A DNA stretch of 64,000 bases from an uncultured Planctomycetota bacterium. GTDB taxonomy: Bacteria; Planctomycetota; Planctomycetia; Gemmatales; Gemmataceae. The DNA is taken from the NCBI GenBank assembly GCA_963849325.1, contig CAWKHF010000002.1, positions 544,001 through 608,000 of the forward strand, written 5' to 3'. The notes under the pieces were generated by a model, which was not told the DNA's origin, did not search any database, and saw only the letters and a program-made list of their open reading frames with translations. Position 1 is the first letter of the stretch. Each line of letters starts with the position of its first letter. A program made the position numbers and the translations under genes. Positions 1 to 11,944 of this stretch are shown here, piece by piece.

Positions 1-2
1 GT

Positions 3-686
3 CGGCTGCCAACCGGCTACGTTGCTCTCGTTGATCGCTACGTTTGGGCCTGGGAGCCGGAGACGGAAGAACGTAAGCGTTTGGGCAAGCTCGACGTGTT
101 CTTTACAGGAGAGGGTGAATCGAGAGCGCCTGCCGCCGCAGCCGTCGCTGCTCCGGTGGAGATCGTCTTGCCCTCGGTGACCGAGAAAGGCACGCCGTAT
201 GTGAAGATCGTGGACCGGGCCTATCGCCGATTGGTCACGGTCATCGAACTGTTAAGTCCGGCCAACAAAACTCCGGGCAAGGACCGAGACGCCTACTTGA
301 TGAAGCAACGGGAGTATCTGGCCACGGACGTGAACGTGGTGGAAATGGACTTGCTGCGCAAGGGGGAGCGCTGGTCCTGGATGGCCCCTTCCGTGGTGGC
401 ATCCGCTTATTATGTGATGGTGAGTCGGGCCGCAGAGCGTCCTCGAGGCCACGCCTGGCCATTCTCCGTGCGGGATTCTCTACCCACGATCGCCGTCCCT
501 CTCACCGTGCGGGATGGCGACGTCGCCCTGGAACTCCGCCTGTGGATGAACCAGGTTTACGATAGTGCCGGCTATGACCGCGAATTGGACTACACGCAAC
601 CTCCGAATCCTCCGCTCGACGAGTCGGACGCCGTCTGGGCGCGCGAGTTGTTAGATAATCGAACATCCCAAGGGAACCAATCATGA
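3..686 (+). CDS. DUF4058 family protein (5'-partial)
   Basis: Frame is open from base 3. Motifs LVTVIELLSPANK, VVEMDLLRKG and LDYTQPPNPPL are typical of planctomycete DUF4058. The stop overlaps the next ATG (ATGA). Confidence 0.8.
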   Translation, partial: RLPTGYVALVDRYVWAWEPETEERKRLGKLDVFFTGEGESRAPAAAAVAAPVEIVLPSVTEKGTPYVKIVDRAYRRLVTVIELLSPANKTPGKDRDAYLMKQREYLATDVNVVEMDLLRKGERWSWMAPSVVASAYYVMVSRAAERPRGHAWPFSVRDSLPTIAVPLTVRDGDVALELRLWMNQVYDSAGYDRELDYTQPPNPPLDESDAVWARELLDNRTSQGNQS

Positions 687-2112
687 TTCACATCCCCGTC
701 CTGCGCTGGGGCGAGCCGTACAAGAGCCTGGACGTGGACAAGGTGGTCCACTTCGCCACCGGCGAGCCGTTGGCCGAGGTCGGCCGGGCCAACGCCGGCC
801 TCGTCGAGCGCGACATGCGCCACGCCCAACGCGCCCGCGACGTGCTGCGCGACATCCCCATCGCCGATCTGCTGCAGATGGTCAAGAAGGCGGCCGATCT
901 GTACACGCAGGCGGAGCTGCCGCTGGGCGACGGCACGCAGACGCCGGAGCAGTTCGTGCGCATGCAGTCGGCGACGACCGGCCTGCCCGAACACATGTGC
1001 CGTTTCAACATGACGAAGAACCACTTCGTGTTGAACCAGATGGACAAGATCCTCGAAGCGCTGACGCGCGGCCTCGACCTCAACGTGTTGTCGCGCGGCT
1101 ACGGCGTCGAGCGCGGCGTGCCGATCAGCTATCAGGCGCAGTCGCCAGTGCTGGGGCTGGTGCTGCCGAGCAACTCGCCCGGCGTTCATACCCTGTGGCT
1201 GCCGATCATCCCCATGCAGATGGGTTTGGTGCTCAAGCCGGGACCGCAGGAGCCGTGGACGCCGTACCGCATGACGCAGGCGTTCGTGCAAGCGGGCGTG
1301 CCGAAGCAGGCCATCGCCATCTATCCCGGACTCGGCGACGTGGGAGCGGCGGTGCTGGCGCACTGCCCGCGCAGCCTGATCTTCGGCGGCACCGCCACCG
1401 TCGAGCAGTACAAGGGCAATCCGCGCGTCCAGGCCCACGGGCCGGGCTTCAGCAAGATCCTGCTCGGCGACGACGTGGTCGATAACTGGCGGAAGTATCT
1501 CGACCTCATGGTCGATAGCGTGCTGATCAACAGCGGTCGCGGCTGCATCAACTGCTCGGGCATCTGGGCGTCGCGGCATACCAAGGAGATCGCCGAGGCG
1601 CTGGCCGAACGCATGGGACCGATCCAGCCTTTGCCGCCGGAAGACCCCAAATCGGCCCTGGCCGCCTTCACCGTACCCGGACAGGCCGACGCCGTCTCCG
1701 CCGACATCGACCGCGATCTCAAGGACGCCGGCGCCCACGACATGACGGCGAAGTACGGGCCGCGGCTGGTCAAGAAGGAACGTTACGATTACCTGCGGCC
1801 GACCGTCATCCTCTGCGATTCGCCGGCCACGCCGATCGCCAAGAAGGAATACATGTTCCCCTTTGTAACGGTCGTGCAGTGTCCGCAGGAGAAGATGCTC
1901 GAAGCGATCGGGCCGACGCTGGTTTGCACGGCCATCACGCGAGGACAAGAAGTTCCAGCGTGCTCTGCTCGACGCCACGCACATCGATCGGCTGAACCTG
2001 GGTCCGACTTCCGACGATCAAGCTGAACTGGTTGCAGCCGCACGAGGGTAACATCGTCGATTTCCTGTTCCGGGCACGGGCATTCCAGTTTGAAGGAGCC
2101 TTGCCCTCGTAA
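683..2112 (+). CDS. Aldehyde dehydrogenase superfamily protein, acyl-CoA reductase (LuxC)-like; 2 apparent frameshifts near 1940 and 2008
   Basis: Motifs PSNSP, LKPG, catalytic NSGRGC and KEYMFPF. The C-terminus continues in shifted frames (EDKKFQRALLDATHIDRLNLG...QPHEGNIVDFLFRARAFQ) to TAA at 2110-2112. Confidence 0.8.
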
Positions 2113-2122
2113 GGCCCTTGTC

Positions 2123-2131
2123 TGGTATAAT
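2123..2131 (+). promoter_or_regulatory. Extended -10 promoter element (TGG-TATAAT)
   Basis: Perfect TATAAT preceded by TGn, about 90 nt upstream of the Fe-ADH start. Confidence 0.45.
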
Positions 2132-2217
2132 GCAGGTACCCTCCACGGCTCCGGGCGTCTCCGGCTCGGGGCCGTCTTCCTATTTCGGCCCCACCCCGGA
2201 GACGCTGGGACCACCGC

Positions 2218-3423
2218 ATGACGGCATCCACGTTACCAACCCCTGCGCGCGCGTCCCGGCAAATCGCCGCTGCCGCACCCGCTGTTCGATTACCACCCGC
2301 TGACGCGCGTGGTGTACGGACCCGGGACGCTGCAACGCCTGGGCGAGTTGGTCCGCGAGCTGGGCGGCGCACCGGCCGCTGCTCGTCACCGATCCGGGGT
2401 TGTGGGCGGCCGGCCATCCGCAGCGGGCTCTGGCATCGCTGCGCGAGGCGGACCTGGAACCGATCCTGTTCGACGGCGTCGAGGAGAACCCGACCAGCCG
2501 GCACGTCGAGGCCGGCGTGGACGTGGCCCGGCGCGAGCGCATCGATTTCCTCATCGCCGTCGGCGGCGGCAGCTCGATGGACACGGCCAAGGGCATCAAC
2601 TTCCTGCTGACCAACGGCGGGCAGATGTCCGATTACAAGGGCTTCGGCAAGGCGAACACGGCCGATGCTGCCGTCCATCGGCGTGCCGACGACAGCGGGC
2701 ACCGGCAGCGAGGCGCAGTCGTTCGCGCTGATCGCCGACGAGAAGACGCACCTGAAGATGGCGTGCGGCGACCGCAAGGCCGCCTTCCGCGTCACCATCC
2801 TCGACCCGGAAGTGACCGTCTCGCAGCCGCGCACCGTCACCGCCGTCACCGGCATCGACGCCCTGTCGCACGCCCTGGAGTCCTACGTCTCGACGCGCCG
2901 CAACCCACTGTCGCAGGCGTTCGCGCGCGAGGCATGGCGGGCGCTGGAGCAGAACTTCGACACGGTCCTGCGCCGACCCGACGACCTGGAGGCGCGCGGC
3001 GCCATGCAGCTGGGGGCGCACTTCGCCGGCGCCGCCATCGAGAACTCGATGCTCGGCGCCTGCCACGCCTGCGCCAATCCGCTGACGGCTCATTACGGTC
3101 TGACGCACGGCATCGCCATCGGCATCCTGCTGCCTCACGTTCTCCGCTTCAACAGTTCGGCCGTCGGCACCCTGTACGGCGACCTGGCCCACGATGTCGG
3201 TCTGGTCAACGGCGACACGCTGGCGGCCGGCGAAGTGCTGGCGCGGCGCGTCGAGCACTTCATGCAGACGGCGGAACTGCCCACGCGGCTGTCGGAATGC
3301 GGCGTCAGCAGTGGCATTTTGCCGGTGCTGGCCGAGGAAGCCGCCCAGCAGTGGACCGGACGCTACAACCCGCGCCCCGTCAGCGAAACGGAGCTGCTGC
3401 AACTCTACGAGACGGCGTACTAA
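2218..3423 (+). CDS. Iron-containing alcohol dehydrogenase; about 3 apparent frameshifts
   Basis: Motifs FDYHPLTRVVYG, GGGSSMDTAK, PTTAGTGSE, DALSHALES, HACANPL and HGIAI are spread over consecutive frames. Confidence 0.9.
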
Positions 3424-3426
3424 AAT

Positions 3427-3558
3427 AGAACTAACCACAGAGTCACAGAGAACACAGAGAAAAAAAGAGAATAAAGCATGAACCGGCTTCCTTGCACCTG
3501 GGTTCGATTTTCTCTGTTTTGTCTTCTCTGTGCTCTCTGTGACTCTGTGGTTAGTTCT
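3427..3558. repeat. Inverted repeat, 35-bp arms (AGAACTAACCACAGAGTCACAGAG...), REP/MITE-like
   Basis: 3427-3461 matches the reverse complement of 3524-3558 with 1 mismatch. The arms have internal CACAGAG periodicity. Confidence 0.85.
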
Positions 3559-4609
3559 TCTTCTTCGGCCGCGGATGATTGGCCCGTCTTCCGCGGCAAC
3601 GCCGAACAGACCGGCGTATCCCCCGTCGCGCTGCCGGACAAGCTCGACGTGCTGTGGAAGTTCGCCACCAAGGACAGCATCGAAGGCGCCCCCGCCATCG
3701 CCGACGGCGTCGTCTACGTCGGCTCCTTCGACGAGTATCTCTATGCCCTCGACCTGATGACCGGCAAGGAGAAATGGAAGTACAAGGCGCGGCCCCATCA
3801 AGGCGTCGCCGGCCGTGCGCGGCGGGGCCGTCTACGTCGGCAACTCCGATGGCATCTTTCACTGCGTCGATGCCGCCAAGGGCGAGAAACGCTGGACCTT
3901 CGAGAGCGGCGGCGAGATCACGTCCGGGGCCAACTTCGCGGGTGAATTCGTGCTGTTCGGCTCCTACGACGAGACGATGTATTGCCTGACGAAGGACGGC
4001 AAGAAGAAATGGGAGTTCAAGACGCAGGGGCCGGTCAACGGCTCGCCGGCGGTGGCGGCGGACCGGACCTTCGTGGCCGGCTGCGACAGTGCCCTGCACG
4101 TCCTCGACATCGCCACGGGCAAGGAAATTCAGTCCGTCGATCTCGGCGGCCAATCCGGGGCGACCGGCGCCGTCCTCGGCGATCATCTCTACGTCGGCAC
4201 CATGACCAACCAGTTCGAGGCCATCGACTGGAAGAAGGGCGTCATCGCCTGGACCTTCCAGGCCGGCGAGCGTGCCCAGCCGTTCTACGCCTCAGCGGCG
4301 GTGACCGAGGAGTTCATCGTCGTCGGCAGCCGCGACAAGCGCATCCACGCATTGGAGCGCAAGACGGGCAAGGAGGCGTGGAGCTTCGCCACGGAGGGGC
4401 GCGTGGACGCCTCGCCGGTGATCGTCGGCAAGCGCGTCTTCGCTCCGTCGCTGGACGGCAACCTGTACGTCCTCGACCTGGCCAACGGCAAGCAACTCGA
4501 CAAGATCGAGTTGGACGGCCCGGTCGCCGGCTCGCCGGCGGTCGCGGCGGGACGGCTGATCCTCGGCACCAGCAAGGGCACCGTCTACTGCTTCGGCGCG
4601 AAGAAGTGA
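3478..4609 (+). CDS. Secreted PQQ-binding-like beta-propeller protein (BamB-like repeats); frameshift near 3790
   Basis: Signal peptide, then DDWPVFRG, and repeated SPA...G..YA.D..TGK..W blades. Confidence 0.85.
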
Positions 4610-4675
4610 TTCACCTGCGGCCGGACACTCGTTTTTCCACGGGGATTTGCTAGAAACAGGCGTAGCAACGACCGA

Positions 4676-4716
4676 GCCGCTGGCGGCTTAGCACGTTGCG
4701 CGAAGCCGCCAGCCGC
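4676..4716. repeat. REPIN-like palindrome (GCCGCT[T/G]GCGGCTT family)
   Basis: GCTGGCGGCTT ... AAGCCGCCAGC, related to the copies at 39398 and 49239. Confidence 0.55.
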
Positions 4717-4739
4717 GCCGTTCCCCTTCGAGGTGTTCC

Positions 4740-7695
4740 GTGCCGCGCTCCCCCGTGTTGATGCTGCTCATTTTCGCTTTCACGCTGTTCACTAGCGCCA
4801 CGCTGCTGTTCCTGGTCGAGCCGATGGTCGGCAAGATGATCCTGCCGCTCCTGGGTGGAACGCCGGCGGTGTGGAACACCTGCATGGTCTTCTTCCAGGC
4901 TGTACTGCTGCTGGGTTATCTCTACGCCCATCTCAGTACGTCGTGGCTGGGCGCCCGCAAGCAAGCGGTGCTGCACGTGTTCCTGCTCCTGCTGCCGTTC
5001 CTGTTCTTGCCGGTGGCCGTCAACCGGGAGCTCATCAAGGGAGACGAAGATCCGGTCGTGCTCGTGCTGCTCTTGCTGTCACTGTCGGTCGGCCTACCGA
5101 TGTTCGTGGTCAGCGCCAGCGCGCCGTTGTTGCAGAAATGGTTCGCCAGCACGTCGCATCCGGCGGCGAAAGATCCGTACTTTCTCTACGGCGCCAGCAA
5201 CCTCGGCAGCATGTTGGCGCTGGTGGCGTATCCGACCGTGGTCGAGCCGTTCCTGCGGCTGAGGCAGCAGAGCATGGACTGGTCGATCGGATACGGCCTC
5301 CTCGTGACGCTGACGGCGGTCTGTGCCGTGTTCCTCTGGCTGTCGCCGCGGAACGTCGAGACCGGCGACAAGACGGCGGGCGCGGCGTCCGGGAGCGTAC
5401 CCGCGTCGAAGGAGTATTCCTCCGAGTCCATCCAGCCGAGCAAACAGGGCATCCGCGCCGGCAAACGGCCGAAGTCGAGCACACCGGCCGATGTCTCGAT
5501 CAGCCACACACTCACGGGGGCCGTGACGTGGCTGCGCATGCTGCGCTGGGTGGCGCTGGCGTTCGTGCCATCGAGCCTGATGCTGGGGGCCACCACCTAC
5601 ATCACCACGGACATCGCCGCCATCCCGCTGTTGTGGGTGGCGCCGTTGGCACTCTATCTGCTCAGCTTCATCCTCGTCTTTTCTCACATTCCCTCCTGGT
5701 TACAGAGACTAATGGTGATTGCCGGCTGCGCGGCAATCAGTCTATCGCTCGGGATCCTCTTCTGGCACCTGGGTACACAGGCTAACAGCGGCCTCGTTCA
5801 ATTGGCATGCCGACTATTGGCGATTCTGATATGCGGAGGCGGCGCCTATGGGTGCTGGCGAATTTGGACAATCCACTCCAACAACCTTCTTCACCAAGTC
5901 TTGATTCTCCTTCTACCGCTGTTAGTGCTGGGGCTGCTGTTCATTATGCTGTCGGAACTGAAGATCAAAATCGCCTGGAGCCTGGGTCTGCATCTGACGA
6001 CGATGTTCGTCGTCTCGATGGTCTGCCACGGCGAACTGGCCCGCGACCGGCCGGCCCCGAAATACCTGACCGGCTATTTCCTGTGGATGTCGGTGGGCGG
6101 TGTTCTGGGTGGATTGTTCAACGGCCTGGTGGCGCCGCTGATCTTCAATGGCATCGCCGAGTACGAGCTGGCGATGATGCTGGCGTGCTTCCTGACGCCG
6201 CCGTTGGGGACCACCGGAGAGAGTTCCTGGGGTCGGCGTGCCGACCTGGGGCTGGCCGGCCTGTTCGCCGGCATCGGTGTCCTCCTAGCCTTGTTGCGGC
6301 TGCGCGATCGCAACTTGCCCTGGGACGTGCTGGCGAGCGGTCCCTGGCCGTGGGAGCTGGCCGCCCTGGTCCTGGGCGTGGTCCTCGGTGTTGTCGTCGC
6401 CGTCCGTGCCCGCGACAAAAAGTTCGACCACTGGATGGACCTGCTACTGCCGGTGTGTCTGGGACTGCTGCTGATTGGTCTGTCGTGGGGATTGTGGGCG
6501 TCCGCCGTAACGCTGCGCGTGCGCAAGATCGCCGAGGTGGTGCATGTGGAGAGCACCTATTTCCGCCGCCTCCTCACCTACCTCGTGCCGGTCGTCCTCT
6601 GTTACACGTTCGTCGAGCGCTCGCTGCGTTTCACCCTCGGCGTAGGCGCGGTCCTGTTGGCGAGCGGCTTTTGCGGCATCCTCGATGATAGCGTGCTGCA
6701 CCAGGAACGCAGCTTCTTCGGCGTCCTCAAGATCGAGCACGAGGCCGAGGAATTCCACGAGGAACTGTTCGTCTTCCGCCGCCTCGTCCACGGCACGACG
6801 CTGCACGGCGTCCAGCTCCTCAACGAGGACCGACACGATGAGCCGCTGACGTACTACCATCGCACCGGCCCCATCGGCCAGCTCATGCTGGCGTACAACC
6901 CCGATACGCGGCGCAACCTGGCGGTCATCGGCCTGGGCACCGGCACCATGGCCTGCTACGCTCGTCCCGGCCAGCACTTGACCTTCTACGACATCGATCC
7001 GGTCGTGCGCCGGCTCTCCTTCGACGAAGGCGACCCGTATTTCAGCTTCGTCAACGATGCCCGCCAGCGCGGCGTCAACCTGGACCTGGTCATGGGCGAT
7101 GCCCGCCTGACCATGGAGCGCAAGCAACTTCAGGAATCCGAGAAGTATGGAATTATGATCGTCGATGCCTTCAGCTCCGACGCCATCCCGATCCACCTCA
7201 TCACGCGCGAAGCGATGCAGGTCTATCTCGACAAGCTGACCGACGATGGACTGCTGGCGTTCCACGTCTCGAACCGTTATCTCGACCTGCGGCCGGTGCT
7301 GCTGAACCTGGCGCGGAGCGCGGCCTGTCCGCCGTGTATCAAAGCGACGACCGCGAGAAGGATCCTCGCTCCACCGCTTTCCTCGGCAAGACCAGCTCGA
7401 CGTGGGTGGTGCTGGCCCGCAAGAGCGAGTACCTGGATGGACTGCGCGAGATGAACGACTGGGAGGACCAGCGCAAGGACCTGCGCCGGAGCTGCTGCCG
7501 CTGGCGGTGTGGCCGGACAACGGCACCGGCCTGGCGGCGCAAGCGACGTTGCTGCGCAATCTCCTTGATGAGGAGATATGCAAGCGGCCGGCGAAGTGGA
7601 AAGAACTGGAGCCGGACGAGAGTTGGCCGGACATCGGCAAGGTCGGCGTGTGGACGGACGATTACTCGAACCTGCTGAGCGTCTTCTGGTGGTAA
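4740..7695 (+). CDS. Membrane protein fused to a spermidine-synthase-like SAM-binding domain; frameshifts near 7317 and 7490
   Basis: Many TM segments; motifs LGGTPAVWNT, HGTTLHG, VIGLGTGT, VDAFSSDAIPIHL and terminal WTDDYSNL. Confidence 0.85.
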
Positions 7696-7708
7696 TGTTG
7701 CGCTGCCG

Positions 7709-9439
7709 TCATTCGCCCTTGAGGATGGCCTCGGCCTGCTTGTCTCCGCGATAGAGTTCCTTCAGCGCCCTCCGCAGGGCGTCCGCCTCTTTCTCCTTGC
7801 CCTGCTGGCGCAGCTCGCGTGAACGGCGTACCGCTTCGTTCACCGGACCCCATTGACGCGGCGCCGCGCGGTCGGCCGGCCGATCCAGCTCCTTCTCGGC
7901 CAAGCTGCACCCACGGTTCCTCCGAAGGTACGTCCTGGAACGCTCGCACCAACGCCCTCCACTGGCGCTGTGCCGCGTCCTCCTCACCCCGCTGGCGCAG
8001 CCGCAGTCCTTCCTGGTAGAACCACTGCGCCTCGCTCATCGGACCTGCCTGCCGCGCCGTGCGGCGCGCTTGACGCACGTCTCGGGCCGCCTCGTAAGAA
8101 CGGCGATACTCCTCGATCTCCGCGCGGTGCGGCGTGTCGGGATGCTTGGCCAGCAGCGGACCGAGATACGTCTCCCAGGCCGTCTCCCAGTCGTCGGGGT
8201 TGTCCGACTTCATCAGGACCGCCCCACGCTGGTACATGGTCTCGGCGCTCAGCGGCCACAACGCCCAGGCGATCATTCCCACGGTCAGCGCCAACAGCAC
8301 CGCGATCACCAGCGGCCGGTTGAAGAACTGACGAACGGGACCGCCGCTCTTCTCGCGTTCCAGTTCTCGGCGCATGAGCCGGCTCATCAGCGTGGCCGGT
8401 CCTTCCACGTTGCGGTGGTCGCCAGTCGTCGCTTGGGCGGCCGTGTATTCCGCCGTCTTCGCGTTGGCGTGGGTCGCCCGGTAAGCGAGCTTGCGCTTGA
8501 GACTGTCGAGTCCGCGGAACAGCACCATGGCGTCGCCGGGCCGCTTGGCGGGATCCTTCTCCAGAAGCTGGCAGATCATGTCATCAAGTTCGTGCGGGAC
8601 CTCCGGCACCAGCCGAGAGGGCCGGTCGAACTGGGCGAAGCGGTGCTTGTGCAAGAGATCGAGCGGTTCGCCCACGAACGGCGTGCGGCCGGTCAGCAGC
8701 GTGTACAGGACGACGCCGAGCGAATACAGGTCGCTGCGGCGCGTCACCGGCTTGCCCGCCGCCTGCTCCGGCGACAGGTATTCCGCCGTGCCGACGACGC
8801 CGCCCGTCACCGTCAAGTGCGGACTGGCGAACAGGCTGGCGATGCCGAAGTCGGTCAGCTTGACCAAAGGAGTGGCTAGTGGCCAGTGGTCAGTGGCTAG
8901 GGAAGACGCTTTTCTCTTCCCTAGCCACTGACCACTGGCCCCTAGCCACTTCCTTCCGAGGCTCGCAGCAGGTTGGACGGTTTCAGGTCGCGGTGGATGA
9001 TGCCGCGGTCGTGAGCGTGCTTGAGGGCCGGAGCGATCTGCCAGGCCAACTCCAACACCTCCGGCCACGGCAGCCGACCCTGCCGGGCCAGCACGGTCTC
9101 GTAACTCGGCCCCGCCACGTACTCCATGACAAAGTAGGAATGGCCGTCCTGCTGGCCGGACTCGCGGAAACGCACGATGTTGGGATGGTCGAGCTGGCGC
9201 AGAATGTCGATCTCGCGCTGGAAACGGGCCACGAAACCGGACTCGACGGCCAACTCGGCGGCGAGTACCTTGATGGCCGATTGTTCGACGCCGTCCGCTC
9301 CCCCCTCACCCTTGCCCTCTCCCCCCCTGGGGGGAGAGGGTAGGGTGAGGGGGGAGCGATGGGCCAGGTAGACGCGGCCCATGCCGCCGCGGCCAAGTTC
9401 CTTGTCGATGATCCAGGAGCCGAGTCGAGTGCCGATCAT
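7709..9439 (-). CDS. Hanks-type Ser/Thr protein kinase with TM helix and helical C-terminal domain; frameshifts near 8953 and 7905
   Basis: Motifs GRGGMGRVY, AIK, HRDLKPSN, DFG, GTAEYLSPE and SDLYSLG, followed by a TM segment. Confidence 0.9.
8871..8950. repeat. Palindromic element with 7-bp AGTGGCY units, inside the kinase gene
   Basis: 36-bp arms at 8871-8906 and 8915-8950 with 1 mismatch. Confidence 0.85.
9296..9358. repeat. Palindromic element (CCCTCACCC...CCCTCTCCCCC family), inside the kinase gene
   Basis: Near-perfect hairpin; it encodes RSPLTLPSPPRGGEGKGEGG. Confidence 0.85.
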
Positions 9440-9555
9440 GAGAGGTCACTGCCCACGGCGCCAACAAGGGGAATCCCCTGATAAGCATATCGCGGACAAG
9501 ACAGGCTTCCTACTACAATGAGAAGGACTTCGTGCGCTTGCCAGGAGATGCCCTC

Positions 9556-9988
9556 GTGAAGACGGCCCTGTTGCTCATCGCCCACGGCAGCCGACAGGAG
9601 GAAGCCAACGCGGACCTCCATCACGTTGTCGCGGAGTTACACGCGCGAGGCGCGGCCATTGTCGAGGCGTCGTTTTTGGAGCTGGCCGAGCCGGACATCG
9701 ACGAGGGGGGCCGCCGCTGCGTGGCCCGAGGGGCCGAGCGCGTCGATTCTGCTGCCGTATTTTCTGTCGGCCGGCGTCCACGTTCGCCGCGACCTGGCCG
9801 AGGCGCGAGCGAAGCTGGCCGAACGCTTTCCGGCGGTGGAATTTCGCCTCGCCGAACCGCTGGGCCGACATCCGCTGCTGCTGGACGTGGTGGCCGAACG
9901 AGCGCGAGGCGGGCGCGTAAATGTTGGAGATTTCCGCGACCGTGGCTCGATGTGGAGCCGCGGCCAGTCACACAGAACCTTGGGATGA
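9556..9988 (+). CDS. Sirohydrochlorin chelatase CbiX/SirB family; frameshift near 9745
   Basis: Motifs HGSR, SFLELAEP, LPYFLSAGVHV and EPLGRHP. Confidence 0.85.
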
Positions 9989-9999
9989 GTTAATCGACC

Positions 10000-10952
10000 A
10001 TGCGATTCGATGAGTTCTATAGCCGGATGACCGGGCCGCACATCTCCTTTGAGGTCTTCCCGCCGAAGACCGACGCCGCCATGACGTCGCTGCGCCGCGT
10101 CGTGCCGGAGTTGATCGAACTGGGGCCCAGCTACATGACGGTGACGTACGGCGCGCTCGGCTCCACGCGCGAGCGGACGCTGGAGATCGCGGCGCTGCTC
10201 AAGCGCGAGTACGGCATGGAGTCGGCCTGCCACCTAACCTGCGTCGGCTCCAGCCGCGCCGACCTCGACCGCCTGCTCGACGACATCCGCGGGGCCGGCA
10301 TCGAGAACATCGTCGCCTTGCGCGGCGACCCGCCGCGCGGCGAGACGGCGTTCGTGCCGCCGCCGGACGGCTACGGTCACGCCAACGAATTGGTCGCGCA
10401 CATCCGCCGCCGTCACGGCAACGGCACGAACGGCTTCGGCCTGGCCGTGGCCGGCTATCCCGAAAAGCACATCGAGTCGCCCGACCGCGACAGCGACCTG
10501 CGGCATTTCAAGAACAAGGTGGACGCCGGCGCCGACATCGTGATCACGCAGCTCTTTTACGACAATGCCGATTTCTTTTCCTTCGCGGATGCCGCGCGCG
10601 AACTGGGCGTGACCAGGCCGATCGTACCGGGCCTGTTGCCGGTGTTGTCGGCCAAGCAGGTATGCCGCATTACCTCGCTGTGCGGTGCGAAGATCCCGCC
10701 GGCGCTGCGGGCGAGCTGGAAAAGGCCGGCGACGACGATGGCCATGCCGAGGAGATTGGCATTCGCCAGTGCGTGGCCCAGGCGACCGAGTTGCTGCGCC
10801 GCGGCGTGCCCGGCATCCATTTTTACGTGCTGAACAAGTCGAGCCACATGCGGCGCATCATGGAGGCGCTTCGCCCCGTGATCGCCGAGGTCCGCCAGAA
10901 GCGCCCGGATGAGAGACCCGGACGCCGAACACCGAGAGGAAGACGTCTGTGA
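10000..10952 (+). CDS. metF: 5,10-methylenetetrahydrofolate reductase; frameshift near 10710
   Basis: Motifs SFEVFPPK, HLTC, ALRGD, AGYPEKH, ITQLFYD and GIHFYVLN. Confidence 0.92.
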
Positions 10953-11906
10953 AAACGCCCTGGTTCCTCGTCTGTGCCGTCGGGATCGGCAGTGGTGCCG
11001 TCGTTCGCGCCGAGGAGGCGTATCCGCTCTCGATTCCCGTTCCTCCCGGCCGTCCCGCTCCCGTCTACAAGCGTCTGGACGTGCAAGGCCGTGACGGGGT
11101 CAAGCTAATCGTCCACGAATGGGCGCCGCCGAAGCCCATCGCCGGCAAGCCGGTGGCCCTCTTCCTCCACGGCATCGGTATGCACGGCGAACCTTACGGC
11201 GCCGTCGCCGCCGGCTTCACGTCGCACGGTATCGCCTTCGTCGTCCCCGACCTTCGCGGGCATGGCCGCTCCGGCGGCACGGCGCGGCGAACTGGCTCCG
11301 CCGCACGTGCTCCGCGCCGACATCGGCGCCGTGATCGACCGCATCCACCAGCGTTATCCCGGCTCTCCGGTGGTGCTGCTCGGCGACAGCATGGGCGGCG
11401 TGCTGGCGACGGACTACGCCTGGCGCGGCGAGCAGCGCCTGGCGGGCCTGGCCCTGCTCGTGCCGGCCTTTGGGCTGAACAAGTCCCAATGGGACAAGCC
11501 GGGCGACGATCTGACGCACCTTCTCTCGAAGGGCACCGTCGCGCTGGGCACGGAAGCCAAGATCGGTCCCAGCACGCAATCGAAAGGGTTTCTGCAGGCG
11601 CGCCTGGCCGACCCCCTGGCCTTGCGCGAGGTCAAACTGTCCTATCTGACGACGATCGCCGAGATGCAGACGGCCTGGCCGCGCGCCGCCGCCGAGATCG
11701 AGCTGCCCCTGTTCGTCTGCGTTGGGAGCAAGGACCAGGTCATCGACAACGCACTCGCCCGCCGCTTCTTCGATCGCGCCGCTACTCCGAAGGAAGACAA
11801 AACCTGGCGAAAGGTGGACGGCGCCTATCACACCGTTTGCTGGGATCCCAGCACGCCCGAGCTGATCGCGGAGCTGGCGCAGTGGATTCTTCAACGCTCG
11901 AAGTAA
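10949..11906 (+). CDS. Secreted alpha/beta hydrolase (lysophospholipase-like); frameshift near 11281
   Basis: Signal peptide, then LHGIG, DLRGHGRS, GDSMGG nucleophile, D (KDQV) and H (AYH). Confidence 0.85.
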
Positions 11907-11944
11907 CATCCGACCTCTTGCTAAACCGCTCTTGTTTCTTTTCG

